Shown here: piece after piece, positions 47,229 through 60,100 of the stretch
How positions within the stretch are numbered: the stretch's first letter is position 1
Layout of the letters: each line of letters opens with the position of its first letter
NCBI GenBank assembly: GCA_030704615.1
Contig: CM060733.1
Location: forward strand, 7,626,001-7,690,000
Direction of reading: 5' to 3'
Origin: Takakia lepidozioides
Lineage: Eukaryota; Plantae; Bryophyta
Length of the DNA stretch: 64,000 nt
Position numbers and translations under genes: made by a program
Notes under the pieces: generated by a model
Databases searched by the model: none
Seen by the model: only the letters and a program-made list of their open reading frames with translations
What the model was told of the DNA's origin: nothing

Positions 47229-48054
47229 ATCCTTGGACCCCACTTTGTACTATAGTGCCTCAGGCGACATCCTCATTTTTAAATCATTGGTCTTCTGTCA
47301 CTTGCAAAATGCAAATAGTCAATGTAAACCAACAAAAAAAGAAATTCTGGTATCAAGTCCTTAACCATGCCTCAAGCAGCTAGCTCCTGGAACACTGGGC
47401 CAGTTCCTATCTGTAGCCTTGAAGTTGCATCCTTGTCTGGTTGTTTATTCCAACACCTCTTTTGAGTAGACCCTTCCGACAGAGAGATATGAATACTCCA
47501 TGGCTGGCTAACTTGACTCAAGGATGTCTTTTCTGCTTTTATGAATGACCATTGTTTGCTCTACCCAGTTGAAGGTATGGAAGTTCTACTTGGGTTGACT
47601 AATCTTTTGTGCGAGTCTTGACTGTCACTTGTCATGTTTGGAGCAGTTGTCACTTGTGCCCCCCTTGGCATGGAAGTGAAGGTTGGGTTGTATTTGAGTG
47701 ATGGTCTTGTTATTGGACACTGCATAGAAGAACAGATTTGAGCAGTATTGAAAAAGAGTACCTAGTGTGATTGCACTCGCCCATAGAATTATTTAATGAA
47801 GGGCCAAGGCAATGGGTATGAAATTTGGCACACAATGTAGCCCAGCATTCATGGAAAATTACTAGGGGGATAGTATTGTTCCAGAGGAATACAGATAGAA
47901 TACTACGATGTTGGCCGCCTTGCAACTAGAGATGTCCAGCATGATATTGTAGAATTCCCTGTCTAAGTATTGTCTATTCCCTGTGTGGAGGGTCGGGCAG
48001 GAAACGTCCCCCACCCATGCACTGGACCAGTGTTGGGCGGGTAATACTTTTTTT

Positions 48055-48450
48055 AATACCAGCTGGGTCCGGGTATTGAAAAGAAATTAATTTGCAATAC
48101 CAGCCGTGTAGAGCTGGGATTCCTTCTCACCTTACTTTTTGACATGGATGAATGGAGGACGGATGTGCTCTGGATGATTTAAGGGATGGACGAAGCCAGG
48201 ATGAAAGCTGGATGGACTTATGCATAAGGATGAGCTGGCAACAGCTGATTTTTCTAATACCAGCTGGGTCCGGGTATTGAAAAGAAATTAACTTGCAATA
48301 CCAGCGGTGTAGAGCTGGGATTCCTTCTCACCTTACTTTTTGACATGGATGAATGGAGGAGGGATGCGCTCTGGATGATTTAAGGGATGGACGAAGCCAG
48401 GATGAAAGCTGGATGGACTTACGTATAAGGATGAGTTGGCAAGAGCTGAT
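48055..48450. repeat. ~201-bp tandem duplication spanning the flank/LTR junction
   Basis: 48055-48255 is nearly identical to 48256-48450. Each copy contains the LTR start TGTAGAG (48107 and 48308). Confidence 0.9.
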
Positions 48451-49677
48451 GGCTTTATTAGGGGCTGTCTTATTCTAACAGCTAGTTTAGGATCAGATTA
48501 GGATGGGACTGGGTGATCTGGCTTCTTTCTATGGCTGTGCCGGAAGGGCATCTGGTGGACCTATGTGTAAGTGCCACACGGCACTAGGATTAGATTATGA
48601 CCTAATACTATTTAAATCTCACTGTTGTGGCAGTGAGGGTGGTGGCTTTTTGAGTCTTACGCGAGCATACGTTGGGCGTATCGGTGTGTTTGAGTGGTTG
48701 GATGAAAGTGTTTGAAGGTCTGCATCTGTGGTGTCCTCTTAGTAAGATTCCGTCTTCTTTGCCCATTTACCGACTACATTCCCCAGATAAGGTCAAGTCC
48801 GGTATGGAGTATGGAGCACCTGAGAACAGTAGATTGGGTACACGGATCCTGCATGATTGCAAGGAGAGGTGTGGCAAAATGGCGGCTGTTGTCTCGCAGG
48901 GAGAGAGAGAGAGAGAGAGAGTTTGCATGCTCGTGTTATTTTGTGTTTTGAGAGTTCGGTAAACAAGCACGATGGCTTCCAGTTCTGAACGTGGTTGGTT
49001 TGAACTTGATCAATTTGACATCCCGCGCTTGAAGCAGACTCTGGCGTTGGAATCTCGCTACATTTGCGAGCTTGCACGCAACCTGTTGCCTGAGCAGTTG
49101 GTTTTTGTTGATTACCCGGAGGGAGAACCTCTTCCGCGCCTTGAGCTCCCGTTGGACACGCCCTCAGAGTTCTAGGCCAAAACATTTGAGGAAACTGCAC
49201 GCAAGGAAGCCTTCAAGCCCATACGTACCAAAGCAGAGCAGCGGGAGCAGAGCAGGCGCATTCGTGAATCGCTTCACAGGAGCCTATGATGCACTGAACC
49301 ATTTGCCAGGGTTGGCTTAGATCTAGTCGGACCCCTTAAATCCACGTCCAAGGGTCATGCATACCAGGGATGCCTCAGCGTGAGCCTGGTCACGTGAGCG
49401 CGTGAGCGCAACTGCGCTCACGCCACGTCACCTTGCGCCAATGCCACATCACGGGGCTCACTCCACGTCATCACACTTGAAGACCGCGTCACCACGCGCC
49501 CAGGAAGAAGTGGAGTGTATTCCCGCGGATTGGCACCCTTTACCGCGGAAACAAGCTGGACGACATAATAAAAGGCATTGAATAAAGGATGGATGAATGT
49601 ACAGTTGGATGATAAATAGATAGATGAGTATGAAAAATGAATGTAGATGGATGAATGAGGGATGGATAAGAGTCAAA

Positions 49678-50067
49678 TGGATGAATGTATAATGGATGTT
49701 GAGCAATGACAAACATTCATGACAGGAAGATGCATGACTAAAACTTTAGACGAATGCACAACGTATATGACATGAGTGTGGAAGGTTTGTGGGGTGGATT
49801 AAAGAGTACAGAGGATGAATGTACAATGGATGTTGAACAAAGGAAAACATTCATGAATGGAGCACGCATGAATACACTGTAGATGAAAGCACAATGGATA
49901 TGACATGAGTGTGAAAGGTTTGTGGGGTGGATTAAAGAGTACAGAGGATGAATGTACAATGGATGTTGAACAAAGGAAAACATTCATGAATGGAGCACGC
50001 ATGAATACACTGTAGATGAAAGCACAATGGATATGACAAGAGTGAGGGAGGTTTGTGAGATGGATTC
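49678..50067. repeat. 133-bp tandem repeat (about 3 copies) inside the MULE left arm
   Basis: ATATGACA(T/A)GAGTG recurs at 49765, 49898 and 50031; two units are near-identical. Confidence 0.9.
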
Positions 50068-52548
50068 ATACATATTGCAATTTAAATGGTAGTTGATTCT
50101 TTGATTATTTTTCTTTCCAAATGAACAACTACGGTGGAGGAAAGGGATTCAACGTTTTCCAAAGAGGATGAAATAGAATAGTAAAAGAACATAGTTCAGT
50201 CTGACTCAGAATCAGTACAATGTATCCCCACTTCCTCTGCATCTAAGTCTAAGTATTTAAGAACTCCGGATCTACGCTAGCTACACCTACGGCCGGGCAG
50301 TAAAAATTCAGGGGATAGGGACTCGGCTGCGTGAAGTGCCATTGCTTCGACATAATCAGGAAGCAGAAAATTGGAAAGGGGGCTGTCGAAAACAGACTCG
50401 CCACAAATGACTGTATCTCTTGAAGATCCACCGCTGCCTTTCCTGAAAGACAGCCTGAAAAGTTATTACTGTAACTTTGATGTTATTGAGAAATTGAGTA
50501 TGACTCCCAAAGTGGGTTTAGCACTTACTCACATGAAAAGTCGTTGTCGACCTGCTTATCTTCGGGATCGTCATCATTTCGAATTTGAATCCGATCAGTC
50601 TGCGTGCCTGAAGTGGAGCCAGACAAAAGGGGGAGGAGCACTGTGTTGTAGAGGTCAGAATCACCCTCCATGCCAAAAAGGCTTCTTCCGCCTGCCTTGC
50701 ATGCACTGTAAGTTGCTCCTGCACCAGACAGGAGGACATGAACAGTTTGGTGGGGGGGATTTAAGCAGATGGAACTGGTGAAAGAAAATCAATTCGGAAG
50801 GGAGAGAACAAACCTGTGGACACAGAAAGATCGACCACCCGTGCAGAGTGGTGGCTGCATAACTCCAGCAGTATTTGCATGAACGCTGGGGATTTTCCTT
50901 TGCACCTCTCCAGGGAGTGTCATCTGGTCTCTTCAGAGTCTGACTGGACTGCATGAAGTTGTACAAAATGTCATCGACATGCGGCTCATAGGGGGGGTTG
51001 ACGAAACAACCCTGGTCAGAAATCTCAAAGCTGCGGATGGAGGATGGTGTCTTGGAGGTGCGAATCCTCCGCAAGCAGATCGCCTCGAACATCCTCGTCT
51101 GCCAAAGATAGCAGGTTAGTGTGGTAAACACAATCTATAGTGGAAGTGTGTACATCGGCTATTCAGAACTCAGGCACAAAACAATCATTTTTATCACGAA
51201 TCAGTGATGATCGGTGTCGATCATGACAGATTCTTCTAGAGTGGAGCTGCAGAGAACATTGAAACTCATCATGAAAGCACAAGCAGAAGGGAGACGGCAT
51301 ACCAGCTGACCAGGGAAACCCCTTTCACAAGGTAGAGGCTGTTCACACAATTTCATGTGCGCAAAACTTCAAACCCTGAAGACTTGAGGTATGATGCCAA
51401 TGCCCGACGACTATCTTTGTCACATGACTGAAAAAGCAGAAGTGTCCCTGCATCAGAGAGGAAATTATTACAGAACCCGAACCCCCAACTCCAGTAGTTG
51501 TCCTCGAATTTGTTCCAGCCTGGCGTCTTGCCCTTTGGAAGAACTTTTGGCACAACCTGGCCATCCGGGATGTCGAGAATGACAATGTCAGCCGCATATG
51601 TTTTTCTGCACACCGCACACGAAGGTGGGACCTGTGCTCACCTGCAACAGACATGTTTTTTTTAAGAACGATAACAAGAATGTTTTCAAAGAACCAGACT
51701 GAAATACTGCCAATGAAACTTTCAGAGAAAAAGGAAAGAAACTGGAATTCTCACCACCAGATTGAGGAATGAGATTATGTTGTCCCAGGTAGGCGAAGGC
51801 ACCGCAGTGTATCCTCTCTTTCGACTCTGCATCATCGACAGCCAACCCTCATTGACAATTTTAATCTCTCCTGCCGAATCAGAACGGGAAGGGTGTGGCT
51901 TGGCATCGAACACGCACTGAACTGTGCGGGTCTATCTTCCAGCAGTGAAGTCCTGCCCACTCTCCATCTCCTTTCTTTCTCCTTCCCCTTGTCCTTTTCC
52001 TTCTCTTTGGACTTGTCTTTGTCCTTTGGCTTTGCTGGTGAGATGGCTATGACATCAAGAGCCTTGTCTTTTGGTTTGCGGCCCGCCTTCTTTCCCTTCT
52101 GCGGCGTTCCCTGAGCATCAGGCTCCTTGGCAGCCAATGTTGCTATGTTTTTTTGTACTCTTCGTCAGTCAGAGGCGCCAGCATCTCAGCATTATTGTTC
52201 AAATATTTCATATGTTGTTCTTGAAAGGTCGTGTGCTCCGGTGGGCAGTCAAGGTACCAGCCACAGTCTCTGAAGTGAGAAGGACTCCAGTCCTTCAATA
52301 TCCCTGCAGTATACATGGTTGGATCGTTTGCAGGGTCCGACCACATGTCAAGATAGTCTGGAATACCGCTCAGGTGATTTCCTTCCATAAGCACATATTT
52401 CGTGTACCTGTTAAACAGGAGATAAATCCCAACCCACCAAAGCGCGAAGTGAGTAAGATGCAAGTAGCACAGAATGAAAAAAACAGGAATGAAATGGCTC
52501 TGAGAACTGCTCCAAGGAGCTCTCAGGACCACGCAACAGCTCTGGATG

Positions 52549-53312
52549 TGAATGTCGTCAACGCCATTCAAAACATTCCATTCAATGATACTGCAAATAT
52601 ACCCTAATCCACGTGAATGCAAACTCTCGCTTTGGAATGACACAGACATAGAAGTGAATGTCGTCAACGTCATTCACTTTGGATTTGTGAATACACTGCT
52701 AATCAAGCCTAATGATTTCTCAAAATTCATTATGAATGTCCATTGAGTTTTTGGGAAGGGTTCCTTAGTCGAGTTTCTGAATGTCGTTGCCGACATTCAG
52801 TTTCCATCCAATGATTTTGCCTCTAACACTAAGGACCTCATAATAACACTGGATGTGAATGGCGTCAACGCCATTCACAAAATTACCAACAAGGAACCAA
52901 TTAATTAGCTCCCAATCCATGTAAATTCAAATTGTCGCTGGTGAATGACACAGACATAGAAGTGAATGTTGTCAACGACATTCACTTTGGATCTCTGATA
53001 ACACAGCTAATCAAGCCTCAAGATTTCTCGCAAGAGGCAAAAGCAATGCAGAACAACTGAATGTCTGCATTGACATTCAGCAAACTGAAGTGAGGAACCC
53101 TCACTGTAAACTCTATGGACATTACAAAAACTTACATAACTCTGAGGACCTCTCAACAACTCTGGATGTGAATGTCGTCAACGCCATTCAGGGACATTAT
53201 CAATTCTAATCAGGGACACTATAATTACACCCTAAGCTCCTAATCCAGGTGAATTCAAATTCTCGCTTAAGAATGACTCAGACAAAGAAGTGAATGTCGT
53301 CAACGACATTCA
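52549..53312. repeat. Intronic array of eight 22-bp palindromes within ~310-bp tandem units
   Basis: TGAATGTCGT-CA-ACGACATTCA variants at 52549, 52655, 52778, 52856, 52963, 53058, 53169 and 53291. Confidence 0.92.
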
Positions 53313-55182
53313 ATTTGGATCTATGATTACAATCCTTATGAAGCCAAATTATTTCCCAAAAATGCAGTAGAGTTTCCAGTATGATATTGCACCTGTACAC
53401 AACTCGCATCATGGCCCACTCTCCTCCAACCTGACTGTCAAAGTCGTTGGACCGTAAAATGTTACCATCTTTGGAGAACTCCCGGAAAAAACAGTATCTC
53501 CAGGTGAGACCTCTCCACTTCCTTATGTATGCCTCCAATGACATTTGGGGAGGGGAAACAATCGAAATGTTCAAGTCCTTCAAAGTCTGATCCAGCACAA
53601 TGACGGCGCGCTTTTCGAGCTGCAAATTGTATATTTGTCAGTATTGCAAATAAGATACTCATCACATAATTGAAGAAAAAAAAACGGCTTATTTGAATAC
53701 ACACCTGACTCCAAAATGTAGCCTTGTGGAGCCAGTTATCAAACACCAAATCACTGATTCCTTCCACCTTTGTGCCAGGCTGTATGGTGCTCTTTGGGAA
53801 CTGATTCAAGTCTTTACTGTCTGATCTGAGTTCCATATCTCCAGCCACCTTATTTTTGTTTGTGGGTCGACCATGGATATGGCCAAGCCGGTGCAATTTC
53901 TCCTGCTGCATCTCCGGATGCACATGCTTGTCATAGTGAGATTTGATCTGCTGAAGGAACTCAGAACCAAGTCCAGGATCTACTATTCTAAGCTGCTTTC
54001 CGAAGGCGGACATCAATTTGGTTCTTCGCATTTCAAACTCCTTCTTTATTGCTGCTTCCACACCCTTTGATGTCCTTAGTTCCTCTGGTGTAGTGCGGTA
54101 ATATTCGGATTTTCCCTTCTCAGCTGCCTCTGCCAGTTCTTGCTGCATTGATTCAAATAGTGATTAGCACCGAAGGGACTACAAACATGTATTCGAAAAG
54201 TAAACTGAGTACAGACTCGGGCTTACCGCATACATGTACTCCAGAAACGCCTCTCGAGTCAAAGAATACCAAGTGCCTGCAGCTCTTCCTGTTTCGCACT
54301 TCTTGATTATATTGGGGTGGGAGTACTGTCGAAAATCATCCAGCTTCATCAGACCAATCCTCTGAATTCGGAATAGTGTGTGGACCAAGCTTGTTGTCAC
54401 ATGCGATTTCTCTGTCGATCTGCAAAAACATTGGAAACATTGCATTCCTTAACACTGTTTTTTGGGATTAACAAGACACTACAGAGGGAATGAAATCTCT
54501 AGGATGACTTACTTGTTCACGTCGTGCATAGCTGTAAGAAGCCTAGCGATGTCGTTTCCTGGATCCAAAACCATTGCCTCCACAACAACATGCTTGTCTT
54601 TGTCTTTCGCATGGTGTTTCTGGATGTATCCCATCCATGCCAGCAATCGGTGGTTGCCGTCCCAGACGTAGAACATGTGGTTGCAGAATTGTTGGGTGTT
54701 CTTTCCCATCATGAGGCCCAGCTCGAACTCCTCATTGGCATCTTTCCAGCACTCATCCCAGTTATCACTGATCTCTGGAGACACTAATGTGCTTTTCCCA
54801 TTTATATCCGTCAGTGACACATAAAAAACTTGTGCACCAAGTCTGTATCCATGCACAAAATCACTCTCCAATTTTGTTATGTCATGGGAAAGAGGTGGAC
54901 GCACAACAGGCATAGATATCATCCGGCACAGAGGGATGTCCAGAGCCCTCCAGATACGAGCATGTCCCTTATAACCTCCTGAGAGTTTACCTTCTGGAAT
55001 GACATGAGTTCTTTCACCTTGTCAAGGTAGTGCACTTCAGATTCATCTGCTTCATCTGTATTCTCTGAGCTTTTTCCAGACTCGTCCCCATCTCCAGATC
55101 CTTTCCCTCTGATCCTGTAGGCTTGGACCTCACAATTTTCTGCACGATGCCATTCAAATCTGACTGAGTAATTTGCAAATAG

Positions 55183-55916
55183 TGAACGGCGGTAACGACC
55201 ATCACTCTGTCTCGAAGAAACTCACAATGAATGGTGTGAAACAAATTCAGAACCATCTACACAAGCAAAGCTGATCCTGCCGAATTCAAAACAAAAGCGA
55301 GAGCGATAGCGAACGGCGTTAACGACAATCACAAAAGATAAGGACCTGCCGGATCGGTGTTGTGTAATGACATATATGTGTAAGTGATTGGCGGCAACGA
55401 CATTCAGTATAGTTTAGGGCGGACAGTAAGTGCAGATTATCAGATTGACTCCATTGTGATTACCGTCGCAAGCATTCACGGTTTCTTGTCTATGTCGAGA
55501 GTACTTTCCAATCGATACTCTACCTGAATCTACAGTATGGTCTTCAAATCTTTGATTGGCGGTACCGCCTTTCCACTTCTCTATCTTTTCAACCTCATAC
55601 AAAGAAAATGCATTGCAATACATTATGACTGAATATGCCGACCCTCACTCTCTCTTCAAACACATAGGTAAATAAATCTCATGAGGAGAATCGAATGGCG
55701 TTAACGACGCTCGCAATTCAGTAGACTTCAATCACATGTTCCTGCTAAAGAAGGGAAGAGGAAGGACTGCTTGAAAGGCAATCAGACAGACTGTATGATC
55801 TGAACAACGGTGATGACGGTACCGTCAGTCACCCACTCATTGTGCGGTAAACCCTTAACAGAGGAGTAGAAAGCAAATCACCGTTGTTTCGTGGTGATGG
55901 TCGGTAGCGACAATCC
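55183..55916. repeat. Second intronic cluster of about eight more degenerate copies of the same palindrome
   Basis: Copies at 55183, 55310, 55385 (TGATTGGCGGCAACGACATTCA), 55457, 55553, 55692 (CGAATGGCGTTAACGACGCTCG), 55811 and 55895, separated by unrelated spacers. Confidence 0.75.
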
Positions 55917-57146
55917 CTTTCTGGGACATTCCACTCAATCTCTACGCAGATCTTCAACAATGAAATGTAAGTTAGAGAAAACTTACTGGCGCCTTCTTAG
56001 GTTTTGAAATTGGATCCCCTTCTGCAGCTTTCCTCTTCCCTCTCACATCTGCTGGAATTTCTGTCTGCTCTAGGGTTTCTGGACCTTCTCCCGGTTCAGC
56101 GTTCCTCGTGCTTCCACCTCCTTCAGTTTCCCTGCGAGTCATCTCTGCATCCACAGGCTGGTTTCCAACGCGCACTGTTATCGCCGACTGTGTCACAGCC
56201 GCTGCCTCAGTCTCGGTCTGCTCTTGTGAATCAGTCTCCGCGTTCACCTGCTGCCTTGGCCCTGTGTTCTCCAACAAACGACGCCTCGTCATTTGCTCTC
56301 TTGCTCTGCGTCTCTCTCTAAGGGAAGTAAAATAAAGAGACTTTCTTCTCTTTCGTATTGTAGAAGGAACCCTCTCCAGCTTGACTACCACTCTCCCTCT
56401 AAGCGCGAAAAGTAGAAAAACGAAGTGACTCCCGATTTCTTGCGGGATTGCGTGCGTTGTTGCTTGTCTCTAGAAGCATCGGATTCCCTCTCGCGTGACC
56501 GTTACACATAGTCGTTCCCTTATTAGTGCACATGCCAGCAATTAGTGTACAGCTGTTCGTATTCAGTTATCGATGTCTGACGTGTGTCGCCCAAAATAAA
56601 CGGCGTGTTCTTTATTAGAACGGTTTCAATATTTAAAAATAACAGCGAATCCCAGAAATCTTGGCGCACAGTCTTAGACAAATATATGTAAATGAACGAG
56701 AGTTTGATGACAAATTTTGGGATATCATACACGGTCATCCTTGTTAGCCAACCCCACGTTCGTTTCACATTTTGAACTTTCCAGGTGCGCATGATCATTG
56801 GTAGTAGTATAAAGATACATTTACTTAATCTGCAATCCCACCCTCAGATCCTGTGGCATGCTTCCAGGAAGTCGGCTTGTTATTGTGTTTATTGATGAGG
56901 TTCTGATTAACGGTTTAACAGCTGCCGACATTGCTCCTAGGGATACTCTGACCACTGGGCCCACAAGAAAAGTAATTAAAATGGACGGCTGCATATCTGG
57001 AAAGAATAACAGAATATGCACAGTCGTCGTCTGAGCTTCCTCCGCCATATTCTCTGCTCATTCTTCAACTATGTTCTGGAGACATCAGTAAACCGATTTA
57101 CACTAGGTCTGCGATAGCAAGGTATCAATGTACGCGAGGAAAGAAG

Positions 57147-60100
57147 ATGGCTTCCTCTGAAGCGGAGTTCTTCTCTGACGACAAACCAGTGCCGTTCTCC
57201 CAGGAAGTCCTTGACAATGGATTTGCAATTGTTCTGGAACATGTCTTGGCTACCCATTTTCAGCTTCAGAATGGCTCCATCTTTTTGGAGAAAGAGGTGT
57301 ACGATTTGAAAGGGAAGTTGTTGAAATACTCTTTCCAAAACCGTGATGAGACGGCTCATATCAGCCAGTGGAGAGTGCGCCCTGGTCGATACAGAGTACT
57401 TGGAGAGCCTCGGCGAAAGTCCCTTGGGTCATATGTGACGCCTGGGACTGCTGCTTCGGTCGTTGAAGACAAGAGAGAGGTGGTGGTGAAAAAAGAACAG
57501 ACGTCCTCCACTCCAATCGTTGAGCTTTCGGATTCGTCCGATGATGACATAAGTGAAATTCCAAATCCAGTCCTTCCTACTGTGATTGGAGAAGCTGATG
57601 AAGAAGAGATTTGTAGTGTCATTCCAAAATTACGGGCGATGGGAGGAATGGCTGGATTCAAAAGTGAGTTGCGAGGAATTGATTGGGAATCTTTGAAGCA
57701 GGTGCCTGTGAAGTTCTTGCCAGAGACTTTTGATGGCGATATCCTATTCGAGCTGCCTCCTCCTCCGCGAGTTGGAGGTGTAACAATCATGATGCATGGA
57801 ATGGACAAGAAACACGACGGGCACCCATGGTGCAGAACAAAAACATCCAATATTCAGAATGATGACAAGCTTGTTTTCAGGAGAACAGTTTGCAATGGAC
57901 ACCTTAGGTGTGATAATTTGAATTGCAGACACTTTCTTTAGTCTGGGGTTCATAATCAAAGCGAATGGGAGGGTCTGGCGGAAAATCCATTTCAGCCTGG
58001 GACTGCCCCTCCACCGGCAAACACTTTCGTCTGCAAATTCTGCAAACTTGTGCCATCCTGCTTGGCGCTCTGCGGAGCAAGAATGTACTATGTTGTCCAC
58101 CGTTTGAAAACAATGACAAGAGCTTGTGTGCATTTCGGATTCCATAGCCATCTTATCTCGAAGGGGGATTACAGGGAGGGTGTTGAGACAATATCGAGGT
58201 TGATTAAACAGGAGTTCGGGAAAAACCCATCCGCAACAACATCTGCAATTGCTCTTGGCGCAAGCAAGTCCTTCTTGGAAAGCCATATTTTGAGTGAAGG
58301 GGATTCTGTGGGGACTAAACTTGACGGTGCAGCATTGGACCTGGTCATGGATCATTTCTCCACTTTGAGTTCACCTAACATTCGGCATCAGATCAATGCA
58401 TTAAGAATGGGCTCTGGTATCAGAGGCTACATAGACAACATTTGGAGTTGAAACAGTGAGCAAGTACGATTACATCCAGGACAATGTATTCCCAGGTCAA
58501 GGTGCCATCAAAGTTTTTCTTTTCAAAATGTCGACTGTTGGGGAGGGCAGTGGCGTTAGCCTCGTGAAGCGGATGCAGAAGACTGGGGACTTGCAGAATT
58601 ATTTTCTTATGTTTGATCATGTGAAACGAGTGAAGGATTGGACGACAATGGCTTGTCATGTCTACGATCCAGTGTACCAACGAGTTATGACAATTGCAGT
58701 TTGTGACATGCAATCCGAGGATACGGAATCCCAGAAGCTCATGTGGAATTCCCTGATACGTGTCATGGGCTGCCATGGGCTGTCATCTCCAAATTTCGCA
58801 GGTTTCATGGCGGATAGTGCTCAAGCAAATTTCAATGTTGTTCGTATTGTCTTCGGATCGGGCGACCTAAAAGTGCCAATGCGAGGAAGAGAGCGTACAT
58901 GTCTATTCCATTGGACACAATCTCTGGAAAAACATACAAAGTCGGACATCAAACCAGAGATGCAGACTCAGCACCGTAAATTGTGCAAAGAGTACAAAGA
59001 TGCTAGAACAATGAAGGAGGCGGACACTTTGTTCCAGACAATTTGTGCCTGGTGGTTCTCTTCTGGAGCTGCATCACTTGAGAGTATGAGAGCATTGGAA
59101 ATTGGCTGGCGTTTTGGCACTTCCGGTATAGACAGTGGGGAGCAGCCATGCCAGTGGTACGAGGCTTATATTTATTGCTTTATTCATACATTTACTTTCC
59201 ATTTTATTGTGTCATCGCTTTCTTTATGTTGTTTTCTGTTCACTGTTTTGAAGTGTGGTTCAGCACTTTGCAGAACATGTCCATTGAGGAAATGGCGGAC
59301 ATGCCATCTTGCAATTTGGCAGAAACTGTGCACAACGCATGGTTGCAGCAGTCTGGGAAATGAGGTCAGGATTTGTATGTGGCAACAATAGATGATTTGA
59401 TACGTGCCTTGCAACAACAAACCCGATACCGTGATTTCTTACGAGGTGGGTTGGTGGCAAGGGTCCGGATTTCTTACGAGGTGGGGTTGGTGGCAAGGGT
59501 CCGGACAAATGTGAGTTGATGTTGCGTGCTGCAAACAGATCTGGGGATCCAATCAAGATAGCACGGGCGGTGAGCATGTATGCCCAGGGAACGCCACTTG
59601 TTTCTAGAGTTCCACATCTTGAAGGGGAGGAGAGATTCGGCTCGTGTAAGAGGAAATTGAACACTCCACCTGGTTCAGATTCCGATTCGCACAGGGCAGA
59701 CCGTGATAACTTCTCGAAGCCTCGTGTTCCCCTGCATGACAGCTCCTTGTCCGGAACCTCCATTCTGGAGGAACCTCCAACACGACGGCAAGCTCCAGCA
59801 TCAAACAGTGCCACTGAAATGGTGCAGGAGAGAAACAACCCCCTTGATGTGCTTGAGTCCGCATGCCCCGACCACGTTTGGCACATAGAACGCACAAGTG
59901 TAGGGTCTCGTATGAAATGTACAGTGATCAGGGCAACTAATTTGAGAAGTGCACTTCATCTATATCCAGAGGTGGTGCCCGAACTCCTGCTCCGACTTTC
60001 ACGGGTTTGATGCGTCCATACGGTCAACCAGAAGCCAAGAACCACAAGTTCTGGTTCTGCGTAGATGATTGTGGCAGATGTGTGTATGGAACTGTGCGTC

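Larger units (their letters stand above)
50525..56292 (-). pseudogene. Spliced ParB/Srx-like domain + beta-class N6A/N4C DNA methyltransferase-like fusion gene (MULE cargo, frameshifted)
   Basis: Approximate exons 56292-55987, 55163-54513, 54419-54227, 54142-53705, 53619-53393, 52407-51755, 51641-51303, 51098-50814, 50718-50525 with GT-AG ends. ParB-like VRPP..DITKLESDF..GY...FYVWDGNHRLLAW. MTase-like ADIVILDIPDG (motif IV position), FLSDAGTLLLF (motif VI), GAKE/KSPAFMQILLELCS (motif X), VVDLSVSTGATYSACKAGGRSLFGMEGD (motifs I-II). Confidence 0.78.

Noticed and set aside
50988-50999. NPPY as the catalytic motif IV of the methyltransferase
   Set aside because: It lies between motifs VI and X, in the variable region of a beta-class enzyme. 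DIVILDIPDG has the proper preceding strand and spacing to motif VI. Worth rechecking in a family consensus.
52549-53312. CRISPR array
   Set aside because: Repeats are degenerate, spacers are 55-100 bp and themselves duplicated, there are no cas genes, and the array sits in a spliceosomal intron.
50525-56292. Bacterial or phage contamination explaining the ParB-MTase
   Set aside because: The gene has GT-AG introns and lies inside a TSD-flanked eukaryotic transposon nested in a Gypsy element next to CDKA.
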